From: an uncultured Acidobacteriota bacterium
GTDB taxonomy: Bacteria > Acidobacteriota > Thermoanaerobaculia > UBA5066 > Gp7-AA6
Reading direction: 5' to 3'
Length of the DNA: 64,000 bases
NCBI GenBank assembly: GCA_963773905.1
Contig: CAVZDB010000008.1
Coordinates: 506,905 to 570,904 of the forward strand
Under the pieces are notes generated by a model. It made no database searches. It saw only the letters and a list, made by a program, of their open reading frames with translations, and was not told the DNA's origin. Each line of letters starts with the position of its first letter. The stretch's first letter is position 1. Made by a program: the position numbers and the translations under genes. This document shows, in pieces, positions 38,431 through 48,444 of the stretch.

Positions 38431-39626
38431 GCGCCTCCGCCCTCGAGCCCACCGCCGACTTCGTCATCCTCGGCGCCGGGGTGATGGGCGCGTCGATCGC
38501 GTTCCACCTCGCGCGGCGGCGCGCCGGCCGGATCGTGGTCGTGGACAAGGGCGACGTCGCCGGCGGCGGCAGCGGGCGCTCGTCGGCGCTCGTGCGAATG
38601 CACTACAGCTACCCGATCGAGGTGGACCTCGCGGTCAAGAGCCTGGAGATTTTTCGGGGTTGGAGGGATTACGTCGGCCGGCCCGGAGACTTCCGGCAGA
38701 CCGGCTTCGTGCGGATCGTTCCCGAGGGCGAGCTCGACAAGCTGGAGAAGAACGTCGCCATGCAGCGCGCGCACGGCGTCGACGCGGCGGTCGTGACGCG
38801 CCGCGAGCTCGCCGCGATCGTGCCGGACTGGAACGTCGACGACGTTCCCGAGGCCGCGTGGGAGCCCGGCTCGGGCTACGGCGACGGGGCGGGCGTCGCC
38901 GGCGACTTTCTCGAGCGCGCCCGCGAGATGGGCGTCGTCTATCGCTCGCAGACGCGCGTCACTGGCTTCCGCGTCGAGAGCGGACGCGTGAAGGGCGTGG
39001 CCACCGACCGCGGCGACTGCGCCGCGCCGGTCGTCGTGGCGGCGTCCGGCCCGTGGAGCCGGCCGCTCCTGGCCGGCGTGGGATTCGACCTCCCGGTGGA
39101 GGGCGAGTACCACCAGGTGGCGATCCTCCAGAACCCGCCCGGCCTGCGCGAGCCGGCCCCCGCGTGCATCGACGGGATCACGGAGACCTATTTCCGATCC
39201 GAGGTCGGCGGGCTGACGCTCGTCGGGGACTTCTGGGGCAAGCGCGGGGCGGATCCCGACGACTTCCCGCAGGCGGCCTCGTCCGAGTCGCTCGCGAGCC
39301 TGGTCGAGCGCGTCATCGACAGAGTGCCCGCGCTGGCCGACGCCGGGATCCGGCGCGGCGTCACGGGCGTCTACGATCTGAGCCCGGACTGGCGGCCGCT
39401 GATCGGCGAGATCCCCGGCGTGTCGGGTCTCTTCGTCGCGGCGGGTTTCTCGGGGATGGGATTCAAGATCTCGCCCGCGGTGGGGCTCGTGGTCTCGGAG
39501 CTGCTGCTCGACGGGAAGGCGGCGACGGTCGACATCCGCGAGCTCGCGCCCGACCGGTTCGCGAGAGGGAAATTCATCAAGGCGGAGTTCGAGTACGGCG
39601 ACGAGGAGCCGACGGCGTATACGTGA
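38409..39626 (+). CDS. FAD-dependent oxidoreductase (DadA/sarcosine-oxidase beta-like)
   Basis: 'DFVILGAGVMGASIAFHLARR' dinucleotide-binding motif, DAO-family C-terminus. The N-terminal start is uncertain (overlaps the upstream pseudogene). Confidence 0.8.
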   Translation: MATERRVSASALEPTADFVILGAGVMGASIAFHLARRRAGRIVVVDKGDVAGGGSGRSSALVRMHYSYPIEVDLAVKSLEIFRGWRDYVGRPGDFRQTGFVRIVPEGELDKLEKNVAMQRAHGVDAAVVTRRELAAIVPDWNVDDVPEAAWEPGSGYGDGAGVAGDFLERAREMGVVYRSQTRVTGFRVESGRVKGVATDRGDCAAPVVVAASGPWSRPLLAGVGFDLPVEGEYHQVAILQNPPGLREPAPACIDGITETYFRSEVGGLTLVGDFWGKRGADPDDFPQAASSESLASLVERVIDRVPALADAGIRRGVTGVYDLSPDWRPLIGEIPGVSGLFVAAGFSGMGFKISPAVGLVVSELLLDGKAATVDIRELAPDRFARGKFIKAEFEYGDEEPTAYT

Positions 39627-39630
39627 GGTC

Positions 39631-39665
39631 GATTTTGGATTTTGGATTTTGGATTTTGGATTCGG
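39631..39665. repeat. Heptanucleotide microsatellite (GATTTTG)x4 plus degenerate fifth unit
   Basis: 'gattttggattttggattttggattttggattcgg' in the 64-nt spacer between the DadA-like stop and the next ATG. Confidence 0.85.
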
Positions 39666-39690
39666 GCCCGACAATTCTTTCAAAGAGAGG

Positions 39691-40685
39691 ATGACGTTCT
39701 TGGCCAAGAAAAAAGGAATTCTCGAAAGACTCGCCGACGGGCCCGTCCTCGGCGATGGCGGATACCTGCTCGAGCTCGAGAAGCGGGGTTGGGTGCGGGC
39801 CGGGCCGTTTACGCCCGAGGTGGCGCTGACGCGGCCGGAGGCGCTGCGCGATCTGCACGTCGAGTTTCGCGAGGCGGGCGCGGACGTGCTTCAGGCGCTC
39901 ACGTTCTACGCCAGCCGCGACAAGCTCGCGACGGTCGGGCTCGAGAACCGGCTGGAGGAGCTCAACCGCGCCGCCGTGCGCATCGCGAAGGAAGTCGCGG
40001 GGGATCGCTGCCTCGTCGCCGGGAACCTCTCGCTCACCTGGATGTACGAGCACGGCAGCCCGTCCTCCTACGACCGCGTGCGGAAGACCTTCGACGAGCA
40101 GCTCGCCGTGCAGGTCGAGGAGGGGATCGATTTCGTGATCGGCGAGACCTTCTCGTGGCTGGGGGAGGCGCTCCTCGCGGTCGAGCGCGGGAAGAAGACG
40201 GGGCTGCCGACGATGGTCACGGTCTGCTTCGAGAACAAGCCCGTGACCTCCGACGGCCAGTCCCCGCCGACTGCGCCAAGGCGCTGCAGGATGCCGGGGC
40301 GGACATCGTCGGCATCAACTGCCTGCGCGGGCCCGAGCACACGCTCGCGCTGATCGAGGAGATGCGCGGTGCGGTCGACGGCTTCATCGCCTGTCAGCCG
40401 GTCGGCTACCGCACGCCGGCGGACAAGCCGGATTTCACCAGCCTGCCGGAGTTCCCTTCGAGCTCGACCCGCTCCAGCTGACCCGCCGCGAGATGGCGCG
40501 CTGGGCCGAGCAGGCGCGCGAGATCGGCGTCAACTACATCGGCTCCTGCTGCGGCTCGGTCGCGACCCACGTCCGCGGAGATGGCCCGCGCTCTCGGCAA
40601 GGTCTCGAAGGACGACCGGCCTTGGACGATCGACTACACCAAGCCGATGTCGGCGTACGAGTACTACGAGCACAAGGGGAAATAG
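39691..40685 (+). pseudogene. Betaine/homocysteine S-methyltransferase (BHMT-like), >=3 frameshifts
   Basis: 'ILERLADGPVLGDGGYLLELEKRG...LTFYAS' Hcy-binding domain in ORF 39649..40353. It continues as 'DCAKALQDAGADIVGINC' (ORF 39642..40481 frame), 'MARWAEQAREIGVNYIGSCCGS' (40493..40894 frame), and a final frame to 'YYEHKGK*'. Confidence 0.75.
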
Positions 40686-40771
40686 GAGGCGACTCTCGAG
40701 CGAGGCGCCAGGATTTCGTAGGGACCGAGACGACTGCCTTCCGCTGTCGCCATCTCACCCGAGCCTGCTCG

Positions 40772-43327
40772 CTACTTCATTCCCTCGGCCACGAAGAGAT
40801 CTGCCTCCCACCTCGTGTAACCGTAGACGTAGGACTTGCCGTCGGGCGTCGGAATCACCCTGATCAAGCCCACGTCGCTCGCCGGCGAACCTGAGAATTC
40901 CTTCCAGAGCTCGCGGCGACCGGAGGAGAGATCCAGCCGATACACCTTGTAGGACTTGATCGAGCCCTCGCCGACGAAAACCGACCCTTGATCGGTGGAC
41001 CATCGAATGATGTCGAGGCCCTCCGCACCGGGCACGGGCCGAGCCGGACCGCCGTCGACATCGAAGAGGAAGGTCTTCCCGTCGGCTCCCGCGGCGAACA
41101 GGGTCTTGCCGTCCGGAGAAAGAGCCGCGCCCCGCCAGGCACTGCCTTCCGGCGTGATTGGCCGCGCTTTGCCGCTCTCGATCTCGAGAGCGTAGAGCCG
41201 AACCTTCTGGCCTGGCTCGATGGCCCCGATGAGAACCCGCTTTCCGTCCGGAAAGAAGAAGCTCTGGCCCGTTCCCAATATCTTCAGGCTCCCGAGCGAC
41301 ACCGTGCGCGGCTGGCCCGCCCCGGTCGGCAGCAGAGCAAGCTGGGAGGGGGCGTCGTCCGAATGGGAAAGGGCCCATTGCCCGTCCGGGGACAGCGCGA
41401 GGGCCACGCCGTCGCCGAGCCTCACCGGGGGCGAGCCATCGGTCTTGCGCTTGTAAACCGACTTGTTGGGGCCGCCTCCCTGGCCGGCCTCGGTGAACAG
41501 AAGGAGCGATCCATCCGCCGCGAGGTCGGCCGGGACCGAGCCGTCGAGCCACGACAGGGAGCGTTCTTCGGCCTGGCCGGTGAACCGGCCGATCATCTCC
41601 CTCACTTCGACGGTCAGATCCAGAAGAACCCGCCCGTCCCGGGAGACATCATCCAGGGTGAAGTCTCCGGGGAACGAGGCGACGGAGCGCTTGCGGCCGG
41701 AGAGGCTCACGGCCTGGATCGTGGTCATGCCGTCCCGAACGTCGTTGAACCAGAGTTCGTCGCCTCGAGGCGACCATCGGAACTCATAGGGAACCCTCAG
41801 GATGCTCCTCTCGTGGCCGGACAGGTCCGTGACGAACACATCGCTGTCGTTGCGACCCGAGACCAGCCATCCGGGCCGCTCGCTGAAGGCGATGAGATCG
41901 CCGTTCGGCGAGATGAACCCGCCGCCCATCAGTCCCGACGACTCGACAAGGACCTTTCCGATCGGGAACTCCAGGCGCGCCCTTCCGTTCACGCCGTGGA
42001 TGACGGCGAGATTCTTTCCGTCGGGAGCCCAGTCGGCCGTCCCGACGTTCTCCAGCAGCTCCCGAGGCGCGCCCCCGCCGGCCAGCGGTACCGTCGCGAG
42101 GGTCCCGCCACGCCTGGTACCTGCCAGGATCGCGAGCTCTCCCGAAGACGAGATGGACATCACGTTGGCCCTCGGCAGGCCGAGCGGTCTGGGCTCGCGC
42201 GTGCCGGGCCGCGTCGAAAAAAGCTCGAGAGATCCGTCCGCATACACGATCTGGCCGTCGGGGGCGAAACGGGCATCGGTGACCGTAGCCCGGCGAAACG
42301 TGATCTGTCGGAGTGTCGGGTGAGCGGAGAACCGCGCCTTCCACAGGGGCTGTCCAGCAAAGACCCCGGCCCCGATCGCCACAGCAAAGGCGAGTCCGAG
42401 CGCGGGCGCCGGAAGCCGGATCCCTCTCCGCGCGACGCCGGGCGCCACGGCAGGCAGCGACGATTCCGATAGATGGTCCCGCACCGTCGCGAGCTCGCGC
42501 GCCAGGTCCTTCGTCGAGGCGTAGCGGCCCTCGGGGTCCTTGGCGAGGCAGCGGTCGGCGATCCAGCGCAGCGGGGCCGGAACTTGCGGGTTGAGCTGCG
42601 CGATCGGCTCGGGCTCCGTGTTCAGAATCGCGCCGAGCGTGTCGATGGCGGTCTTCTTCTGAAACGCCCGCCTTCCCGTCGCCATCTCGTGGAGCACCGA
42701 CCCGAACGAGAACTGATCCGACCGGAAGTCCAGAGCCTCTCCGCTGACCTGCTCGGGCGACATGTAACCCACCGTGCCGACGACCACACCGGGCGTCGTT
42801 CCCGTCATCGTTGGCAGGGCCGATCCCTCGCCGCTCCCTGACATGGTGGAGGTCAGCTTCGCCAGGCCGAAGTCCAGGATCTTGACCAGGCCGTCCCTGG
42901 TGACCATCACGTTCTCGGGCTTCAGATCCCGATGCACGATCCCCGCTTCGTGCGCCTTGGCCAGGCCCTCGGCGACCGAGGTGGCGAGCTGGAGCACTCG
43001 CTTCACCGGCAAGGCGCCGGAGGCCAGCAGCTCCCGCAGCGTCTTGCCGTCGACCAGCTCCATCGCGATCCAGGAGACGCCGTCGGTGGACCCGATGTCG
43101 TAGATCGTGACGATGTTGGGATGGTTGAGGGCCGAGGCCGAACGTGCCTCCTTCTCGAACCGCTTCAGACGCTCGGGATCCGAGGCGACGGCCGCCGGCA
43201 GCACCTTGATCGCCACTTCGCGCGAGAGCCGCTCGTCTCTCGCCCGATACACCTCGCCCATCCCGCCAGCGCCAAGAGGGGCGACGATCTCGTAGGGACC
43301 CAACCGAGAACCGGCCGAAAGCTTCAC
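40772..43327 (-). CDS. Ser/Thr protein kinase fused to TolB-like (WD40-like/PD40) beta-propeller domain, paralog 1 (intact)
   Basis: Hanks kinase (HRDLKPENVMV, DFGLAK, YMSPEQ), TM segment, then PD40-type repeats ('WAPDGKNLA', 'SPDGQW', 'SPDGKTL', 'TPDGKSY'). Confidence 0.85.
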   Translation of the reverse strand: MKLSAGSRLGPYEIVAPLGAGGMGEVYRARDERLSREVAIKVLPAAVASDPERLKRFEKEARSASALNHPNIVTIYDIGSTDGVSWIAMELVDGKTLRELLASGALPVKRVLQLATSVAEGLAKAHEAGIVHRDLKPENVMVTRDGLVKILDFGLAKLTSTMSGSGEGSALPTMTGTTPGVVVGTVGYMSPEQVSGEALDFRSDQFSFGSVLHEMATGRRAFQKKTAIDTLGAILNTEPEPIAQLNPQVPAPLRWIADRCLAKDPEGRYASTKDLARELATVRDHLSESSLPAVAPGVARRGIRLPAPALGLAFAVAIGAGVFAGQPLWKARFSAHPTLRQITFRRATVTDARFAPDGQIVYADGSLELFSTRPGTREPRPLGLPRANVMSISSSGELAILAGTRRGGTLATVPLAGGGAPRELLENVGTADWAPDGKNLAVIHGVNGRARLEFPIGKVLVESSGLMGGGFISPNGDLIAFSERPGWLVSGRNDSDVFVTDLSGHERSILRVPYEFRWSPRGDELWFNDVRDGMTTIQAVSLSGRKRSVASFPGDFTLDDVSRDGRVLLDLTVEVREMIGRFTGQAEERSLSWLDGSVPADLAADGSLLLFTEAGQGGGPNKSVYKRKTDGSPPVRLGDGVALALSPDGQWALSHSDDAPSQLALLPTGAGQPRTVSLGSLKILGTGQSFFFPDGKRVLIGAIEPGQKVRLYALEIESGKARPITPEGSAWRGAALSPDGKTLFAAGADGKTFLFDVDGGPARPVPGAEGLDIIRWSTDQGSVFVGEGSIKSYKVYRLDLSSGRRELWKEFSGSPASDVGLIRVIPTPDGKSYVYGYTRWEADLFVAEGMK

Positions 43328-45863
43328 TTCAATCCCTCGAGCACGAAGAGATCCGAAAGCCAGCGTTCGTACGTGTGAACGTAGGACTGCCCGTCCCGAG
43401 AGAGACGAACCTTGCCCCAGAGGTCGCCGGGGCTCGGTCCCAACTGGAGGGGCTGCAGCTCCTTGAAGAGCCGCCGCTGGCCGGTCGACCGATCGAGCAA
43501 CCAGATCTTGCCCGGGGAATCGTCCCTTTGAAGATAGAGAGCCCTACCGTCGATGCTCCACTGAGTCGGGAGATCGCCCGACAGAAGTCCCTGGATGGGA
43601 AGTGCGTCACCCCCCGTCGACGGGATAGAGCGCGGCGACTCCGTCCCGCAGACCGACGACGAGCTTCCCGTCCGGCGAGACTGCCTTCGCAAACCGAATC
43701 ATCGGGACGCCCTCTGGTGTGACCGGAGCTGGCGGAGATCCCTTCACGGATTGGACGAAAATGCGCTCTGGATGACCCGGCTGCTGCGCGGTAAAAAGGA
43801 ACCCTTCTCCGTCCGGTAGCCAATCGACCCCGAACGCCCCCGGATACTCGAGTCCGTCGCTCGGGAGGTTGCGCGTTTCGCCCGATGTGGACTGCAACCG
43901 AATGCTTGGCGCGAAGAACTCCGGGCGGCACACCGCCCACTTCCCGTCCGGAGACAGTGCCGAGCAGAACCCCTCGCCCAGCGGCACGGCGGCGGACCCG
44001 TCCGTCTTGCGGACGTAGCTCATCGCGCTTTCCCATCCCGGCTCCTTCTCGGCGAAGAGCAGCAGCCTGCCATCCGCCGACAGATCCAGCGGCACCGTGG
44101 CGTCGAGCCACGTGTATCCGTGCTCGTGCTCGTCGCCGGGAAACCGCCCGAGAACCTCCCACCGCTCGGAGCCACGCTCGAAGAGTGCCCGGCCTTCGCG
44201 GGAAATGTCGAACAGACTGAAGTCTCCAGGCAGGGAGATGAGCGCTCGCTCCCGGCCGGCAAGCGTCGTCGCGAACAGGTTGGTCGAGCCATTGACGATC
44301 CGGGTGAACCAGATTCGTCGCCCACCGGGCGACCAACCGAACTCGCCTCCCCCGGTGGCCAGCTTCGTCGCGGTCTTGCTCCGGTCCACGACGACCAGTC
44401 CGACGCCGGACTCACGGGCGACGACGAGATCACCCCGGGGCGAGACCCGAATGCGACCTCCACATTTTTCGCAGACCGTGTTCCCGATGGGGAACTCGAC
44501 CCGAGGTCCATTGCCCCCTGTTCGCACGATGGCCAGGCTCTTCCCGTCGGGCGCCCAGTCCGCTTGGGCGACGTCGCGTTCGCGCACTCGCGGCTCTCCG
44601 CCTCCTAGAGACGCGATCGCAAGAACCTGGGCGCCGTCGGATTCCCGCATCAACGCCATCTCGCCCGATGTCGAGACGGACAGGATGACCGCGTCGAAGA
44701 TGCCGAGAGATCGCGACCCGTGGCTGCCCGGCCGCGTCTGCAGGAGCTCCAGCTTCTCGCCGCCTCGCCCCACGCTGTAGACGATGGTCTCGCCGTCCGG
44801 CTCGAACCGCGCGTTGTGGATGTTCTCCTTCTTAAACGTCACCTGCTGGAAGCGGGGCACCGAGACGTTCTTCGGCCGCCAGAGCCAGCGGGCCGCGAGG
44901 GCCCCGATCGCAAGCGAGATCGCCATAGCCGCGAGCACGAGAGCGCGAAGAGAACGGCGCGGCCGATCGATCGCGACTGAGCCGCCGGACGTTGCGGCCT
45001 CGAACAGGCGGTCGCGGACCGTGGCGAGCTCGCGCGCCAGGTCCTTGGTCGAGGCGTAGCGATTCTCGCGGATCTTTCGCGAGGCAGCGCTCGGCGATCC
45101 AGCGCAACGGGGCCGGCACTTGCGGATTGAGCTGCGCGATGGGCTCCGGCTCCGTGTTCAGGATCGCGCCCAGCGTGTCGATGGCGGTCTTCTTCAGGAA
45201 GGCACGCTTGCCCGTCGCCATCTCGTAGAGCACCGACCCGAACGAGAATTGATCCGACCGAAAGTCCAGGGCCTCGCCGCTGGCCTGCTCCGGCGACATG
45301 TAGCCGACCGTGCCGACGACGACCCCCGGCGTGGTTCCCGTCATCGTGGGCAGATGCGAGCCCTCGCCGCTGCCCGAACCCGTCGAGCTCAGCTTGGCCA
45401 GACCGAAGTCCAGGATCTTGACCAAGCCGTCCCTGGTGACCATCACGTTCTCGGGCTTCAGGTCCCGATGCACGATCCCCGCCTCGTGCGCCTTGGCCAG
45501 GCCCTCGGCGACCGAGGTGGCGAGCGGGAGCAGGCGCTTCACCGGCAACGCGCCGGAGGCCAGCAGCTCTCGCAGCGTCTTGCCCTCGACCAGCTCCATC
45601 GCGATCCAGGAGACGCCGTCGGTAGAACCGATGTCGTAGATCGTGACGATGCACGGGTGGTTCAGGGCCGAGGCGGCGCGGGATTCCTTCTCGAAGCGCT
45701 TGAGCCGCTCGGGATCCGAGGCGACCGCCGCGGGCAGGACCTTGATCGCCACCTCGCGCGCCAGCCGCGTGTCCCGCGCGCGAAAGACCTCGCCCATCCC
45801 GCCCGCGCCGAGCGGCGAAAGAATCTCGTAGGGCCCCAGTCGCGATCCGGCCGCCAGGGTCAT
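43324..45863 (-). pseudogene. Ser/Thr kinase-beta-propeller paralog 2, >=2 frameshifts
   Basis: The kinase domain (ORF 44832..45863) is ~90% identical to paralog 1. The propeller continues in ORF 43607..44938 and ORF 43324..43692. One shift is at a C6 run 43610-43615, another near 45060-45100. Confidence 0.75.
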
Positions 45864-45927
45864 TCGAGGACCTGAACCGGACTCTCGCCGGTTTGGGACG
45901 CACGCCTCGGCGATCGGCGGAAGGCGC

Positions 45928-48434
45928 TCACGGCTTCAGGCCGTCGATCAGCCAGAGGTTCGAGAGCGATTGGCCAATTTCGTAGACGTAACCTCGTCCA
46001 TCCGGGGTCATCCATGCAGCCGACGAGCCCGGAAGCTCCTTGACGAGCTCCCGCCGTCCCGACGCCAGGTCGACACGCGCGATGCTGCCGTCCGTCGTCG
46101 AACGAACGTACAGAGATCGCCCGTTCGGGGTAAAGCAAATCACTTCTTCATTCTGCCCGCTCGCCGGCTCGGGAACGGTCGCTCCCTTCTCGATGGGATA
46201 GAGCGACCAGACGCCAGCCGAACGGTTCCAGGCCGCGACGAGCTTTCCGTCCGGCGAGACCGCGTGCCAACCGAAAGGAAGGAAGACTCCGTCGGCGGTC
46301 ACCGGATGCGCGTCTTCACCCTCCAGAGTCACGCTGTAGAGCCGATGCTTGTCGTCCGCCGTCTTCCCGGCCAGGAGCACCCGCTTCCCGTCGGGGAAAA
46401 AGGTCCCTCCACTGTCGAACTCGGCACCGGGGGGGCCTTGAGGACTCGGGGCAGGCCCGCCCCTGTGGGCAGAAGGATCGTGTCGTCCCCACGCCGGCAC
46501 AGCGCCCACTTCCCATCCGGTGAGAGCGCCATGGCCCCTCCGTCGCCCAGTCGGATTGCGGGGGAGCCGTCCATTCGGCGCAGGTACACGCCCGCTCTCG
46601 ATTCGCCGCCTCCCTCGATGAAGAGAACCGTCTGGCCGTCCGGGGAAATGTCCGCGGGAAACGACTCGTTGAGCCAGGAAAGGTCCCTCTCCCGGGTTTC
46701 GCCCGATGCCTGTCCTTTCATCTGGGCCCGGTTCAGGGTCCGCTCCGCCAGAATGCGCTCGTCCTTGCCGATGTCGTGCAGCAGGAACTTCCCGGGAAGC
46801 GTCGCGATCAGTCGCGCGGGGCCGCCGACCTTCATTGCGAGGACCTCGGTCGTGGCGCCCGCAGCCGACAGCATCCAGATCTGATCGGAGCTCGTCGACC
46901 AGCCGTAGCCCGAGACGCTGCCCTCGAAGACCTTTCTCTGCTTTCCCGTCCCTGGATCCACGAGCATCAGCGACTCGGGACTTGAAATCAGGATTCCATC
47001 TCCGCGGGGCGAGAACCGGGGACGGCCCAGCCAGCCTTTCTTCTCGAGTAGAGCCTTGCCGAGCGGATACTCCAGACGTTGGCCGGTTCCGTCGGTCGCA
47101 ACTACCGCCGCGAGTCCGGTCCCGTCCGGACTCCACTCCGCGAAAAAGACGCGTTCGAGCAGCTCCCGTGGCGCACCTCCCGCGAGGGGCACTTCCGCCA
47201 GCGTACCGGGCCAGCTGGGGCCCCCGAGCAGGATTGCCATCTCGCCGGAGGAGGAAATGGACTCGATGTCCGCGTTCATCCCCAGTGGGCGGGACTCGGG
47301 AGCGTCCAGCCGAGTCGAGAGCAGCTCGAACGGCTTGAAATCCCGTGTGACGCCATAGACGACCGTCTGGCCGTCGGGCGCGAACCGCGCCGATAGGACC
47401 GTCGCATCACCGAAGGTGAGCTGCTTGAAGCGGGGGAGGGATGGCGCAGGCGCCTTCCAGAGCAGCTTGCCGGCCAGGAGTCCGAGAGCGAGCGCGACGG
47501 CCAGTGCCGCAGCCGGCACGAGGATCGGCCGCTTCCGTGCGGTCGCCGCCACTTCGCTGGTCGCCGACGCCTCGGTGAGGCGTTCTCGGAGGGTCGCGAG
47601 ATCGCGCGCGAGGTCGCCGGTGGTCCCATAGCGGCCCTCCGGCTCCTTGGAGAGGCAGCGCTCGACGATCCAGCGCAGGGGAGCTGGGACCGACGGGTTG
47701 ATCGACGCGATCGGCGGCGGATCCTCGTTCAGGATCGCGCCGAGCGTGTCGATCGCCGTCTTCTTCTGAAATGCCCGCTTGCCCGTCGCCATCTCGTAGA
47801 GGATCGAGCCGAACGAGAACTGGTCCGACCGAAAGTCCAGGGCCTCGCCGCTGGCCTGCTCCGGCGACATGTAGCCGACCGTTCCCACCACGACACCGGG
47901 CGTCGTCCCCGTCATCGTCGGCAGGGCCGATCCCTCGCCGCTGCCGGACATCGTCGAGGTCAGCTTCGCCAGACCGAAGTCCAGCACCTTGACGAGGCCG
48001 CTCTTCGTCACCATCACGTTCTCGGGCTTCAGGTCCCGGTGCACGATCCCGGCCTCGTGCGCCTTGGCCAGGCCATCGGCAATCTGCGGCGCGATCTGCA
48101 GCAGCCTCTTGACCGGCAGGGCGCCGCTCGCCAGCAGCTCCCGCAGCGTCGCCCCCTCCACCTTCTCCATCGCGATCCAGGAGACGCCCCCGGTGGAACC
48201 GATGTCGTAGATCGTGACGATGTTGGGATGGTTGAGGGCCGAGGCCGAACGTGCCTCCTTCTCGAACCGCTTGAGCCGCTCGGCGTCCGAGGCGACGGCC
48301 GCCGGCAGCACCTTGATCGCCACTTCGCGAGAGAGTCGCTCGTCCTTCGCCCGATACACCTCGCCCATGCCCCCGGCGCCGATGGGAGAGAGGATCTCGT
48401 AAGGGCCCAGGCGCGTTCCCGTCTCGATCGTCAT
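45928..48434 (-). pseudogene. Ser/Thr kinase-beta-propeller paralog 3, one frameshift
   Basis: Kinase and most of the propeller lie in ORF 46329..48434; the C-terminal ~160 aa lie in the ORF 45928..47136 frame. The shift is at a G7 run 46429-46435. Confidence 0.75.
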
Positions 48435-48444
48435 CGCGTACTCG

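Noticed and set aside
38382-39707. 441-aa minus-strand ORF antisense to the DadA-like oxidase
   Set aside because: No motifs; the plus-strand gene has a clear FAD-binding fold
40988-42472. 494-aa plus-strand ORF antisense to kinase paralog 1
   Set aside because: No motifs; the minus-strand gene is intact with full kinase and PD40 signatures
42774-48210. Three near-identical small plus-strand ORFs (42774..43103, 45310..45639, 47989..48210)
   Set aside because: They are identical only because they lie antisense to the homogenised kinase-domain repeats; they are not independent genes
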